From positions 1-53,416 of the forward strand of contig CAYMEV010000024.1 in the NCBI GenBank assembly GCA_964389675.1: DNA of 53,416 nt, in the 5' to 3' direction. The translations under genes and the position numbers were made by a program. Below, in pieces: positions 19,124-30,092 of the stretch. A model generated the notes under the pieces. It saw nothing but the letters and a program-made list of their open reading frames with translations. It searched no databases and was not told the DNA's origin. The DNA is from an uncultured Candidatus Sumerlaeota bacterium (lineage in GTDB: Bacteria > CAYMEV01). Every line of letters begins with the position of its first letter. Position 1 is the first letter of the stretch.

Positions 19124-21712
19124 TCATTCAAATTTCTTCTGAACATCCTCAGATGGTTCTGATATAATTATTGTGGCATCATTGAAGTATTTCTCTGCTG
19201 TTTCTTTTAATTTCTCAGGGGTCAATTCTCTGAATTTGGTTATCAATTCGCTTAGGTAGTTATATCCAAGCCCTACAGATTCATAGTAGCAGAGATTGGA
19301 GGCTATATAATTATCCATGAATTCATACTTTATCTGCTGTTCATAATAATTTGTCACAGCATCGATTTCTTCCTGTTTAATGTCGCCTTCCCTGATCTTT
19401 TCAATTTCCCTTTTCAAAACCTCGATAAGGGCATCCTTCTTGTTATACGAGGTTAGAGCAGAGATCCTGAAGAAACCATAGTCTTTTGTTGCGCTGTATC
19501 TTGGATAAGCTGAATATACAAGATTATTATCCCTCCTCGTAGCTTTAAGTATCCTGCCGCTGAAACCGCTGCCAAGGACAGCCTGAATTAAGGTCATCGG
19601 TATATAATCTTCTTCAAACATGCCTGGCGCCTGATAATTAAAAATTATGCTTACCTGTTCAAATGGTGTTTTATTCGTAAATATGCCGGGAAGTCTCGGG
19701 ATGGTAAGGGGTACGCGATCCCCCATTATTTCACCCTTTGGTACACTGTCATATACCATCTGGCTGTACTCTATGGCCTCATCAGTGTTCAGATCACCGA
19801 AGAATGAGCAGATTATCTTATCTGCCTTAAAATAATTCTTATACAGTTCTATCAGATCATCCCTGGATAGATTAAGGGCTATCTCAAGCCTTTTTTCCCT
19901 GCTGATCCCGTATTTCTGGCCCTTATAGAGGATGCTGTCCTTGAAATCATCATAAATGGTCTCAGGATCATCCGTTTTTCTGTTATACTCAGCCTTAAGC
20001 CTCTGCTTGTGCAGTTCAAGCTCCCTTTCACTGAAAGCCGGGTTACTTAATATTTCTGAGATTCTTGACAGAAGCTCAGGATAGTCTGACTTAAGGCTTT
20101 TAGACTGAATATAAAGGCCGTTGCTTCCAATGTTTACTCTTAATGTTATATATCTGTCCTCCAGCCAGCTGTCAAATTCCATGGCATCAAAAGACTTTGT
20201 CCCTCCCCAGAACATCATATCTGTCATGACTTCAAAACTTCCTGCATTTTCAGCAGTTTCATAGTCTGTAGATATTGGCAGATAGAAATATGAATGTATG
20301 AGAGGAGACCTGGTATTCTGTTTGTGAAGGACGGTATAGTTTTCTTTCTCGATCCTGCTTATCTCCGAGACCACATATTCATCTTTTGCAGCTGCCAGCT
20401 CCTTTGCCCCTGTGGGTACTCCGTAGAAAATAACCCTGTTCTTATCGGAAAAATACTCCTTTAATACCCCGATAATGTCTTCAGGCCTGATCTTCTCATA
20501 TTCCTTCATATGAATATCATAGACATCAGGTATTCCGTATTTCAGCATATTACTACCTATATTCATGCAGTCATTCTCTGGAGTCTGGATCTGCAGTACC
20601 CTTTCGGCCTTTTTCCTGTTTATTACATCATCGATCTGCTTCTGGGATATACCTTTCCGGATAATTTCCTGGATTATCTCGTCGGTCAATTTAACTATTT
20701 TATCCATATCTTTGGGATCTTTGGCCTCGAACATTATATTTAAAGTATGGTCATTTGAGTAGTATCCCTGGTTAAAGTAACCGTAGATCCAGTTGACCAG
20801 CTTCATCTCTTCAACAAGCCTGAAAGGAAGGTCGGAATTCCTTTTATAAAAAAGTATCTCGCATGCAAGGTCAATTGATAAAAAGTCCCTGTAATTGCCT
20901 GCTGGAATAATCTTTGTGATGAATCCTCTTGGCTGTGAGATATCAAATTCCTCAATATATTTATATTCACCCACTTTGACCAGTTCAGTCGGATTATAAG
21001 GGGTTTCCAGCCTGCCGGGCTTAAAATCCTTAAAAGCCTCCTTTATCATATCAAGTGTCTCTCCGGGGTTGACATTCCCGGAGACTACAAAGATCATATT
21101 ATTGGGCACATATCTCTTTTTATAGTATTTAAGCAGGTCTTCTCTCTGCAATCCCTTAAAAATCTCAATATCTCCTATAACCTCGTTTTTTACGTGTGAT
21201 TTCAGGTATGCTGTCTCATTGACCCTGTTCCTCATAGCAGCCATGGGAGGCGCAACCCTGTAGACAAATTCCTTGATTATGACCTCTTTTTCCCTTGCTA
21301 CCTCTTCTTCTGTAAAGAGTGAGAACTGCATTGTCTCTGAAAGCATATTTATAGCATCCTGCAGGTATTCGCTGTTCACATCGATGAAATATGCCGTGTG
21401 GTCATATGTTGTATAGGCATTTGAATTTCCTCCTATCTTTTCTGTCCAGTCGACATAATCACTCTCAGATCTTACAGATGTGGTGCTTCCTGATGCAAGG
21501 TGCTCTACAAAATGGGATATCCCGGCACCCAGGAATTCTCCCTCATGAATTGAGCCTGTTTTTACAAAGCAGATCACCATGGCATTTGTACTGCTTGTAT
21601 TTTCCTTTACTACCACTTCCATGCCGTTTGACAGCCTTTCATGCAGTATCTCCTGAGAAAAGACAGGGATACAGAAGATAAGCATGAATACAATCAATAT
21701 GGCCTTCTTCAT
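19124..21712 (-). CDS. Exported M16 family zinc metallopeptidase (fused two-half form)
   Basis: Signal peptide, LSNGMEVV, inverted zinc motif HFVEH, NAYTTYDHTAY and YVPNNM. Confidence 0.92.
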   Translation of the reverse strand: MKKAILIVFMLIFCIPVFSQEILHERLSNGMEVVVKENTSSTNAMVICFVKTGSIHEGEFLGAGISHFVEHLASGSTTSVRSESDYVDWTEKIGGNSNAYTTYDHTAYFIDVNSEYLQDAINMLSETMQFSLFTEEEVAREKEVIIKEFVYRVAPPMAAMRNRVNETAYLKSHVKNEVIGDIEIFKGLQREDLLKYYKKRYVPNNMIFVVSGNVNPGETLDMIKEAFKDFKPGRLETPYNPTELVKVGEYKYIEEFDISQPRGFITKIIPAGNYRDFLSIDLACEILFYKRNSDLPFRLVEEMKLVNWIYGYFNQGYYSNDHTLNIMFEAKDPKDMDKIVKLTDEIIQEIIRKGISQKQIDDVINRKKAERVLQIQTPENDCMNIGSNMLKYGIPDVYDIHMKEYEKIRPEDIIGVLKEYFSDKNRVIFYGVPTGAKELAAAKDEYVVSEISRIEKENYTVLHKQNTRSPLIHSYFYLPISTDYETAENAGSFEVMTDMMFWGGTKSFDAMEFDSWLEDRYITLRVNIGSNGLYIQSKSLKSDYPELLSRISEILSNPAFSERELELHKQRLKAEYNRKTDDPETIYDDFKDSILYKGQKYGISREKRLEIALNLSRDDLIELYKNYFKADKIICSFFGDLNTDEAIEYSQMVYDSVPKGEIMGDRVPLTIPRLPGIFTNKTPFEQVSIIFNYQAPGMFEEDYIPMTLIQAVLGSGFSGRILKATRRDNNLVYSAYPRYSATKDYGFFRISALTSYNKKDALIEVLKREIEKIREGDIKQEEIDAVTNYYEQQIKYEFMDNYIASNLCYYESVGLGYNYLSELITKFRELTPEKLKETAEKYFNDATIIISEPSEDVQKKFE

Positions 21713-22638
21713 TCTATTACTCCTTTGTGTTTATTAATATCCTTAATCAGATCGTTCAAAAAACGGAAAGACAATGGATTTATGTCTTTCAGCAGAAATT
21801 TTACCTGCCAGTGAAGATGGGGGCCTGTGGACCTTCCCGTTGTACCTACGAATCCGACTGTATCACCGGATGCAACAATATCCCCCTCATTTGCTGCAAA
21901 TCTGTCAAGATGACAAAATATTGTAAAAATACCCAGGCCATTATCAATAATGATAATATTCCCCTCATAAAAATAGTCCCGGCCGGTAAGAACGACATTC
22001 CCGCTGAGCGGTGCAAAAACCGGTGTACCTGATGGCCTGGATATATCAACCCCTTTATGCCTTGACACCTCGATATTATTTCTCAGCCTCTTCTGGCCAA
22101 AGGACTTGTACTCATCCAGGTCAGCATTGCTGACAGGTTCTGTATAGCCGTCAAGTATATACAGTTTTGGCGTGACTGGCTGGAGTGCATCATAGATCTT
22201 TTTAACCTCTTTTTTCCTGTTCTCAATCTCTTCAGCTGTTTTAGCCTGGGCTCTTGGTATATTTTTCGGCAGTCTCCAGACATCAAATTTTCTTCTGTCA
22301 TAATTGATCAGGATATCCTTTGATAAAAGGGCCTCTTTATGCCTGTATATTATCCTTATAGGGTATTTCCCCGCATCTTTCCTGAAATCCTGGGCAAATA
22401 TGGCGATATAATCCTGCCAGAATGGCAGGAAGCCCAGCTGATTATTCTCGTCCAAAACTACCTTCTCAGGGATAATGCCTGATTTTGGTGTTATTTTTAT
22501 AAAGACTGCATCACCCTGTTTCGGGTTTTTATTATATATAATGCAGTCAAACTCCTCAAATTGATATTCTGCATGGTTTTCAGCATATATGGAAAGAAGG
22601 GCTGAAAACAAAAAAATAATAATAAAGGCCTTTTTCAA
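21709..22638 (-). CDS. M23 family peptidoglycan metallopeptidase
   Basis: HKGVD and STGPHLHW zinc motifs with a signal peptide. Overlaps the M16 gene by 4 nt. Confidence 0.92.
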   Translation of the reverse strand: MKKAFIIIFLFSALLSIYAENHAEYQFEEFDCIIYNKNPKQGDAVFIKITPKSGIIPEKVVLDENNQLGFLPFWQDYIAIFAQDFRKDAGKYPIRIIYRHKEALLSKDILINYDRRKFDVWRLPKNIPRAQAKTAEEIENRKKEVKKIYDALQPVTPKLYILDGYTEPVSNADLDEYKSFGQKRLRNNIEVSRHKGVDISRPSGTPVFAPLSGNVVLTGRDYFYEGNIIIIDNGLGIFTIFCHLDRFAANEGDIVASGDTVGFVGTTGRSTGPHLHWQVKFLLKDINPLSFRFLNDLIKDINKHKGVIE

Positions 22639-22767
22639 AGCTGTTCCTTTAATCTGAATAAAATAATAGCACAGGATATTTTAGCTTAAACTATTATTTA
22701 TAAAATACCAGAATATTTCAGATTTGTTCTAATAATTCTACAAAAACCAGATTTTCATATGGACGCT

Positions 22768-25368
22768 TCAGAGAAGCTTTTTCAGCTTTTCCAGAAGAAG
22801 CAGCGCTTCTATAGGAGTTGTATTGTTTATATCAACCTTATGGAGTATATCCCTTATGCGGTTTGCTTCCTTCTCAAAAAGGGTTTTCTGTCTGGCTTCT
22901 GATTCATCAGGCTGTTCATTGCGGGCTTTAAGCCCGTCAACCAGGTTATTGCTTTCATTGCTTTCAAGTGTAGCAAGGATCTTCCTTGCCTTTTGTATTA
23001 TCTCAAAGGGAATGCCCGCCATTTCTGCAACATCAATTCCATAGCTCTTATCAGCAGTACCCGGGATGATCTTCCTTAAGAATACAAGCTTATTATTATA
23101 TTCCTTCACCTGGATGCAGTAATTTTCAATACCTCCATATTCATCACCAAGTATCGTAAGTTCATTATAATGCGTTGCAAACATGGTATAAGCTCCGATA
23201 TGCCTGAAAATATATTCTGAAATAGCCCATGCTATGCTTATGCCGTCATAGGTGGATGTCCCCCTCCCCACTTCATCAAGGAGTATCAGGCTTCTTGATG
23301 TGCTGTTCTTTAAGATCAGGGCTGTTTCAGACATTTCAACCAGGAATGTGCTCATGCCCTTGGATAGATAATCTGATGACCCTATCCTTGTAAAGACACG
23401 GTCTATGATAGGAATGCTGGCATACTTTGCAGGGACATAGCATCCAATGTGCGCGAGAAGGATTATTAAAGCGTTTTGCCTCAGATATGTAGACTTGCCA
23501 GCCATATTCGGGCCGGTGATTATATAGAACCTTGCATCATCATTAAACAGCAGGTCATTGGGGATGAATTCCCTGTTCAAAAAGCTTTCAACAAGGGGAT
23601 GCCTCCCGTCTCTGATATCAATAATACCCTCATCAGATATAACTGGCCTTGAATACCTGTTCCTCTGAGCTGTGAAACTGAATGATAAAAGCGTATCAAG
23701 CCTTCCGATGATCCCTGCACTTGTTTTTAATGACCTGGAATAGGCTTTCAGGCTCAAAAGAAGCTCTTCGAATATTTCCTTTTCAAGTGCCAGCCTCTTT
23801 TCTTCGGCATTAAGAATAACATGCTCAAGCTTATAAAGGTCCGGTGTAACAAATCTCTCATTATTGACGAGAGTCTGCTTTTTTTTGTAATTTTCAGGGG
23901 CCATGGCTGATTTGCTCTTGGGTATGTCGATATAATAACCGAATACTTTATTATATCCGACCTTCAGATTATTTATTCCTGTAAGCTTTCTCTGCTCCTC
24001 CTCATAATTAAGGATCAGCTGCTGGCTGTTTGATATAATGCCGGCTGTTCTGGCAAGCTCTTCACTGCAGTCTGTCCTGATATATCCGCCATCCCTGGTG
24101 TGGGATGGAGGATCTTCAGCTATGGTCCTTTCGATCAGTGAGACTGCATCTGAAAAATCAGCAATACCATCTGCCATACTGGATAATGGGCCTGCATCAT
24201 AGCCTGTAAGCTCTGCCTTGATCCTGATTGCCAGGATAAGGCTTTCCTTCAATGCTGCCAGGTCTCTGGGTGTTGCATTATTATGTTCTATCCTCCCGTT
24301 GATTCTTTCAATATCCGATACATCCTTTAGAAGCGATGAGACCTCATCATGCTTTTTGCGGTTTTTATAAAAGAACTCTACAATATCCAGCCTTTTGCTT
24401 ATTTCATCCCTGTCCTGCAGGGGATTTAACAGCCAGTACCTCAATGTCCTTGTTCCCATTGCTGTTCTGGTATTGTTCAGGAGCTTATAAAGGGTATTTT
24501 CCTGGGATTTTGAATCAGTATTGAGAAGCTCGAGATTCTTTATTGTTGAGGAATCCAGGTCCATGTACTCCGATGTATTATAGAAATCAATATCGTTTAC
24601 AAAGCCCAGGCGTATCCCCTTTTCTTTTGTAAATTCATCAGCAAGGTACAGGGACAGAAGTAGCTCTTCTCTCTGCTGAACTGCAAAATGCTGGAGGTTG
24701 TTTGTGGGAATGGAGGTAATAATGTCCTGTTTCCAGAGAGAGAACCTGTTCTTTGATATTCTGTATTCCCTTACAGGAATATTAAGGTCTGTCAGTACAG
24801 ATATATTCTGTCTTAATTGCTGGCATATAGTGTCTGATGCGATTATCTCTGTCGGGGAGAACTTTGTAAGTTCATCATAGATCCTTTGAGAACTGATGTC
24901 AATGTGAGTCATTTTTATTTCCTGGGTGGAAATATCAATGAACACAAGCCCGCAGGATCCGTTCATCTCGGCAATACTGCAGAGGTAATTATTGCTCTCA
25001 CTGTCAAGGTATTCCTGCTCTATTATTGTTCCGGGCGTAATTACCCTTATAACCTCACGCTTAACAATCCCCTTTGCTGATTTTGGATCTTCGACCTGTT
25101 CGCATATTGCAACATTAACTCCGCTTTCAAGCAGTTTCGGGAGGTATTTTGTGATGCTGTGGTAAGGTATGCCGCATAGAGGGGAGTCATTTGAGTCCCT
25201 GTTTCTGCTTGTAAGGGTTATATTGAGTATCTTTGATGCTTTTACTGCATCTTTATCAAACATCTCATAGAAGTCGCCCATCCTGAACAGCAGTATCTCA
25301 TCCTGATACCTGCTTTTGATCTTAAAATACTGCTCCATCAGGGGAGTGAGCTTTTTTTCAGGCTGCAT
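22768..25368 (-). CDS. mutS: DNA mismatch repair protein MutS
   Basis: TPLMEQY, FRMGDFYEMF, TGPNMAGKSTY, STFLVEM, DEVGRGTSTYDG and ATHYNEL. Confidence 0.98.
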   Translation of the reverse strand: MQPEKKLTPLMEQYFKIKSRYQDEILLFRMGDFYEMFDKDAVKASKILNITLTSRNRDSNDSPLCGIPYHSITKYLPKLLESGVNVAICEQVEDPKSAKGIVKREVIRVITPGTIIEQEYLDSESNNYLCSIAEMNGSCGLVFIDISTQEIKMTHIDISSQRIYDELTKFSPTEIIASDTICQQLRQNISVLTDLNIPVREYRISKNRFSLWKQDIITSIPTNNLQHFAVQQREELLLSLYLADEFTKEKGIRLGFVNDIDFYNTSEYMDLDSSTIKNLELLNTDSKSQENTLYKLLNNTRTAMGTRTLRYWLLNPLQDRDEISKRLDIVEFFYKNRKKHDEVSSLLKDVSDIERINGRIEHNNATPRDLAALKESLILAIRIKAELTGYDAGPLSSMADGIADFSDAVSLIERTIAEDPPSHTRDGGYIRTDCSEELARTAGIISNSQQLILNYEEEQRKLTGINNLKVGYNKVFGYYIDIPKSKSAMAPENYKKKQTLVNNERFVTPDLYKLEHVILNAEEKRLALEKEIFEELLLSLKAYSRSLKTSAGIIGRLDTLLSFSFTAQRNRYSRPVISDEGIIDIRDGRHPLVESFLNREFIPNDLLFNDDARFYIITGPNMAGKSTYLRQNALIILLAHIGCYVPAKYASIPIIDRVFTRIGSSDYLSKGMSTFLVEMSETALILKNSTSRSLILLDEVGRGTSTYDGISIAWAISEYIFRHIGAYTMFATHYNELTILGDEYGGIENYCIQVKEYNNKLVFLRKIIPGTADKSYGIDVAEMAGIPFEIIQKARKILATLESNESNNLVDGLKARNEQPDESEARQKTLFEKEANRIRDILHKVDINNTTPIEALLLLEKLKKLL

Positions 25369-25373
25369 AGAGT

Positions 25374-25760
25374 TTATTCGGTCATATCCCCGTTCTCATC
25401 ATTATCAGGTTCATCTTGGTCTGTTCCTGATTCAGCTGGAGGCCCGCCTGCGGGATGAAGGTTCTGGTTTACCAGGCTCAACTGAGATATTTCATTCTTC
25501 AGAGAGTCGATCATCCTCTTCTGCTTCTTTATAATTGCAGCATTTTTTATTGCCATGATAAGCAGTGGAAACCCTGTAAGAATCATTCCTACAACAAGTG
25601 AAAAGCTGAAATACAGTATCATAGGAGAAGGGCCCAGCGGTTTCCTGACCGGGGGGATATACATTGTGATCTCCTTGGAAAGCTCAGCATAATTCTTGTA
25701 AACGAACACGCCGACAAATACTATTATCAGCAGTACAAAACCAACCTTCAGGTAAAGCAT
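25374..25760 (-). CDS. LapA family lipopolysaccharide assembly protein
   Basis: Two TM helices then a coiled coil (KKQKRMIDSLKNEISQL). Adjacent to kdsB. Confidence 0.65.
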   Translation of the reverse strand: MLYLKVGFVLLIIVFVGVFVYKNYAELSKEITMYIPPVRKPLGPSPMILYFSFSLVVGMILTGFPLLIMAIKNAAIIKKQKRMIDSLKNEISQLSLVNQNLHPAGGPPAESGTDQDEPDNDENGDMTE

Positions 25761-25772
25761 TGATAATACTCC

Positions 25773-26504
25773 TTATATTGAATTTAGATAATCTTCAACC
25801 TTTTTTATATCTTCTATGGTATCAACCCCGATAAGCCTTTTTTTAATATTTATTACACTTATCCTTTCGCCGTTTTCTAATATCCTGAGCTGTTCAAGCT
25901 TTTCAGCCCTTTCAAGGCTGGATTCCTCCCAGGAATTGAACATTTCCAGTGATCGTGCCTTAAATCCGTAAATTCCTATATGCTTTCTGTAGATTACATC
26001 CTCCATATCATCTCTATTGTAGGGTATCGGGCTTCTTGAAAAATAAAGGGCATAATTATCGCCGGACGTGACAACCTTGACAATGTTCGTGCTGGATATT
26101 TCTTCAGGGTCTTTTATCTCAGTGCTGAGAGTTGCAAACCCTGAACTGCTTTTATAGGTCTCCTCTGCAAGCATCTCTATTATATCTAAGGATATAAGCG
26201 GTTCATCGCCCTGGAGATTGATAATTATATCCGCTTTTTCAATATTCTTAAATGCCCAGTAGACCCTCTCTGTGCCATTTTTGAAAGGAAAGCCGGATAG
26301 CAGGACTCTACAGTAATCATACTCTTTAAGCGATTCCTTTATCCTTTCGTCGTCAGTAGCAACATATACCCTATAGTCCGGGCTGGAAGGCCTTATCTGC
26401 TCTACTACCCGTTTAATCATCTCCTTGCCTGCTATTTTCATGAGAGGCTTGCCTTCTAACCTTGTAGATCCGTATCTTGCTGGGATAATTATATTTACCT
26501 TCAT
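25773..26504 (-). CDS. kdsB: 3-deoxy-manno-octulosonate cytidylyltransferase
   Basis: IIPARYGSTRLEGKPL, INLQGDEP, ALYFSRSPIP and EKLEQLRILENG. Confidence 0.97.
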   Translation of the reverse strand: MKVNIIIPARYGSTRLEGKPLMKIAGKEMIKRVVEQIRPSSPDYRVYVATDDERIKESLKEYDYCRVLLSGFPFKNGTERVYWAFKNIEKADIIINLQGDEPLISLDIIEMLAEETYKSSSGFATLSTEIKDPEEISSTNIVKVVTSGDNYALYFSRSPIPYNRDDMEDVIYRKHIGIYGFKARSLEMFNSWEESSLERAEKLEQLRILENGERISVINIKKRLIGVDTIEDIKKVEDYLNSI

Positions 26505-26513
26505 AGGGTACTA

Positions 26514-26542
26514 AGCATATCATAAAATCAATTAAATATCAA
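26514..26542 (-). promoter_or_regulatory. Putative sigma70 promoter of kdsB (near-leaderless)
   Basis: Minus strand TTGATA, 17-bp spacer, TATGCT with extended TG, 9 nt upstream of the ATG. No SD. Confidence 0.55.
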
Positions 26543-26560
26543 TTATATATATCCGGTGAA

Positions 26561-26718
26561 ATTACTGATCAAACCCTGGATTTTTACTTATTATAGTCTA
26601 TCCCCGGGGAAAATCATAACCGGATAGCCGGGATTTTGAGATCTGCACCCTTTTTTTGTTAAAAATACCATATGACGTGAGATAGCCTGCTAAAGCCCTT
26701 ATATTATTATGGATATTT
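26561..26718 (-). pseudogene. Decayed remnant of an fmt 3' end
   Basis: Minus strand reads NIHNNIRALAGYLTSYGIFNKKRVQISKSRLSGYDFPRG*TIISKNPGFDQ*, matching intact Fmt DIHNKIRGLTGYLPAYTVFNKKRLQILKSELSDCNFP...DFAQGYNIASEKALFE*. Confidence 0.9.
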
Positions 26719-26846
26719 AGCAATACTAATACTTAAAGAAGATTGAGCTTTTTTTTAGCAATAAATTTTGATTTACCTTTAAAAATATAATCAAAATGTA
26801 TGTAAAAGGTTGAAATCCACTACTGATTCTGCTAAAAATATATTAT

Positions 26847-29800
26847 ATGGGAAGATTGAATATTCTATCACTATTTGCTGGTATACACCTCTCTCAGCTG
26901 ATCTGCATCCTGCTGCTGTCCCTTCCCGTATATGGCCAAAGCAATCGCGTTCAGTTCCAGAACATCTCCATTGAACAGGGTTTGTCCCAAAGCATTGTAG
27001 AGTGTATTCTCCAGGACAGGACGGGATTTCTCTGGTTTGGCACAGAGGACGGGCTGAACCGCTATGACGGCTACACTTTCACTGTATACAAGGAAGATCC
27101 AGACAATGAAAATTCTCTGAGCCATGACAATATCCTATGTTTGTATGAGGATGGGGATGGAATTATCTGGATAGGAACCTTCCACGGGGGTTTGACGCGC
27201 TTTGATACCTTAACCGGGCGCTTTACCCGCTTCCGGCACGATGCCAGCGCAGGCAGCCTGAGCAGCAATGTTGTCTACAGCGTGGTTCGCGACAGAAAAG
27301 GCAATCTCTGGGTGGGCACAGCCGATGGATTGAACCGTTTTGACGAAACAGAGCAGTCATTCCGGGTTTACCGCCACCAGGATGGAGATCCGAACAGCCT
27401 GAGTCATAACACCATCCGATCAATGTGCCTGGATGCCCGTGGTAATCTATGGATAGGAACGGATGGCGGCGGCTTATGCATGTATGACGGTGCCGGTTTT
27501 GTCAGCTACAGGGCTTCGGGTAAACCTGACAGCATCAGCCATGACAGCGTGCTGGAGGTCTTTTGCGATTCCCAGGGTATACTCTGGCTGGGAACGAACG
27601 GCGGCGGCCTGAATTCCCTGGACATAGAGGAGAACCATTTTTATGTCTTCAGGCACAAGCCCGGCCAGCCGCACAGCCTGAGCAACGATGTTGTGCTCGC
27701 TGTTTATGAGGACGATAAGGGCAGGTTGTGGGTTGGCACGAATGACGGCCTGAACCTGTACAGCAGGCAGACCAACCGCTTTACCCGTTATTATAAGAAT
27801 GGGGCAGACCCGAACAGCCTGAGCCATAACGAAATACACTCCATCTACCAGGATTACAGCGGGGTGCTGTGGTTCGGCACCTATGGGGGCGGCATTAATA
27901 AGCTTCTGGGCCAGGACAAGGGGTTCAACCTGTTGCAGGCAGATCCGGAAAATACGAACAGCCTGAGTCACAACATTGTGTGGGCCATCTGCGAACAAGA
28001 AGACAACATTCTGTGGATAGGCACGCATGGCGGTGGTCTAAACCGCCTGGACCGCAAAAGCGGCATATTTCGAAATTATCGGCACAATACCCAGGATCCC
28101 GCAAGCTTAAGCAATGACATGGTAAGGGTTATTTTTATAGATCATGCCGGCACCTTCTGGCTGGGTACGAACGGAGGCGGTATCTGCCGCTTTGACAGCG
28201 AAAAAGGGACTTTCCGCACCTACACCTATCAGGCAGATGATCCGGAAAGCCTCAGCCATAGCCAGGTGCGCTGCATCTACGAGGACTCAGATCACGACCT
28301 CTGGGTAGGCACGCACGGCGGGGGACTCAACCGCTTTGACAGCCATAGCGCTGCCTTTGTGCGTTATCTCTCCGGTACAGTACCCGGTATGCTGAACAAC
28401 GCTGTGGTGCGCTGCATACTGGAAATAAAACCGCACGTGCTATGGGTAGGAACCTATGGCGGCGGTATCAATGTGTTTGATAAGCATACCGCTCGCTTTA
28501 GTTATATCACGAGCCAGCCGGACAATCCTGCCAGTTTGAGCAATAACTATGTGTTTTGCCTGTTCCGCGACAGCAAGAACAGGCTATGGGTAGGTACGGA
28601 AGGTGGATTAAACTATTTCAACGAGCAGGATGGAACATTCAAACGCTACACAAGGGATGATGGGCTGCCGGACAACACTATCTACGGCATACTGGAGGAC
28701 GATCAGGGACACCTGTGGCTGAGTACCAACAACGGCCTGTCCCGCTTCAACCCACAGCAGGAGTCATGCAAAAACTACACTGTCCTTGACGGCCTGCAAA
28801 GCAACGAGTTCAATGGAGGTTCTTTTTTCCGCAATCCCGTAAGCGGGGAAATGTTCTTCGGCGGCATCAACGGATTGAACACTTTCTTCCCCCGTCAAAT
28901 TCGCGACAACCCATATAAACCGCCTGTGGTTATTACCTCATTTAAGAAGCTGAACAGGGAGCATATAGGTGGCACGCCTATATTCGCGCTCCAGAAAATT
29001 ACCTTATCCTACAGGGACTATTTCTTTTCATTTGAATTTGCCGCCCTGGACTTTACCATACCGGATAAGAACCAATACAGCTACAAACTGGAAGGACTGG
29101 ATGAACAGTGGATCAATACGGACGCCAGGCACCGGGTAGCTTCCTATACCACATTAGCGCCGGGAACTTACACATTCCTGGTAAGAGGCACTAATAATGA
29201 CGGTATCGGTAAAGACACACCCACACGCCTGATTATTCACATTACCCCGCCCTTCTGGGCTACCTGGTGGTTCCGCTTATCTGCCATTGCCGCCCTGTTC
29301 CTGACAGTCCTGTTCCTCTACAAGAGCCACATCCGAAACGTTTACAGCCGTACCCGGCTGGAAACGGAGCTGAAAACTGCCCATCACGCACAAATGTCCA
29401 TCATGCCCCAGCATGACCCCCGGGTACCGGGGTATGATATTTCCGGCAGATGCTTTCCTGCTAATGAGGTGGGCGGAGATTTCTTTGATTACTTCTGGCT
29501 TGAGGAAGGCCGTGAATCCATTGGTATTGCTGTCGGCGACGTGTCCGGAAAGGCCATGAAGGCGGCCATGACCGCGGTACTCAGCCACGGTGTGCTCTTT
29601 TCACAGAGCACGGCCAGTAATTCCCTGCAGGACCTGATGCACTGGCTCAACCACATCCTGTACCACAAGACGGAGAAGTCCATATTCCTGGTCATCTGCC
29701 TGCTGGCCCTGAGGCGCGGGACCCGGGAGCTCACATTCTGCAACGCCGGTCTGCCAATGCCATTGCTTAAATCGGGAGGCACAGTCAAGCCGCTGGAGCA

Positions 29801-30092
29801 GAAGCCAGCCATGCCCCTGGGTGTACAGCCGCAACATCAGGTGCAGGAATGCCATGTCACCCTTGTTCCCGGAGATGTACTGCTGGTTTTCAGCGACGGT
29901 CTGACAGAAGCCTGGAACAGGCAGCGTGAGTTCTACGGCACAGGAAGGCTTGCAGCAACCCTGGAGGCCCTGGATACCCACAGTTTGAGCGCTGCCGAAA
30001 TAGCTGACCGGCTGGTTGCAGATATTAAGACATTTTCCAGGAACATGGAGCAACATGACGACATGAACCTGGTGGCAATCAAGGTCCTGTAG
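26847..30092 (+). CDS. Membrane sensor phosphatase: two-component-regulator beta-propeller repeats, Y_Y_Y domain, TM helix and SpoIIE/PP2C domain
   Basis: Repeated LWxGTxGGGLNRF and SLSHN motifs, YSYKLEG...YTTLAPGTYTF, PPFWATWWF, and SpoIIE motifs EVGGDFFDY, GDVSGKA, FSDGLTEA and QHDDM. Confidence 0.93.
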   Translation: MGRLNILSLFAGIHLSQLICILLLSLPVYGQSNRVQFQNISIEQGLSQSIVECILQDRTGFLWFGTEDGLNRYDGYTFTVYKEDPDNENSLSHDNILCLYEDGDGIIWIGTFHGGLTRFDTLTGRFTRFRHDASAGSLSSNVVYSVVRDRKGNLWVGTADGLNRFDETEQSFRVYRHQDGDPNSLSHNTIRSMCLDARGNLWIGTDGGGLCMYDGAGFVSYRASGKPDSISHDSVLEVFCDSQGILWLGTNGGGLNSLDIEENHFYVFRHKPGQPHSLSNDVVLAVYEDDKGRLWVGTNDGLNLYSRQTNRFTRYYKNGADPNSLSHNEIHSIYQDYSGVLWFGTYGGGINKLLGQDKGFNLLQADPENTNSLSHNIVWAICEQEDNILWIGTHGGGLNRLDRKSGIFRNYRHNTQDPASLSNDMVRVIFIDHAGTFWLGTNGGGICRFDSEKGTFRTYTYQADDPESLSHSQVRCIYEDSDHDLWVGTHGGGLNRFDSHSAAFVRYLSGTVPGMLNNAVVRCILEIKPHVLWVGTYGGGINVFDKHTARFSYITSQPDNPASLSNNYVFCLFRDSKNRLWVGTEGGLNYFNEQDGTFKRYTRDDGLPDNTIYGILEDDQGHLWLSTNNGLSRFNPQQESCKNYTVLDGLQSNEFNGGSFFRNPVSGEMFFGGINGLNTFFPRQIRDNPYKPPVVITSFKKLNREHIGGTPIFALQKITLSYRDYFFSFEFAALDFTIPDKNQYSYKLEGLDEQWINTDARHRVASYTTLAPGTYTFLVRGTNNDGIGKDTPTRLIIHITPPFWATWWFRLSAIAALFLTVLFLYKSHIRNVYSRTRLETELKTAHHAQMSIMPQHDPRVPGYDISGRCFPANEVGGDFFDYFWLEEGRESIGIAVGDVSGKAMKAAMTAVLSHGVLFSQSTASNSLQDLMHWLNHILYHKTEKSIFLVICLLALRRGTRELTFCNAGLPMPLLKSGGTVKPLEQKPAMPLGVQPQHQVQECHVTLVPGDVLLVFSDGLTEAWNRQREFYGTGRLAATLEALDTHSLSAAEIADRLVADIKTFSRNMEQHDDMNLVAIKVL

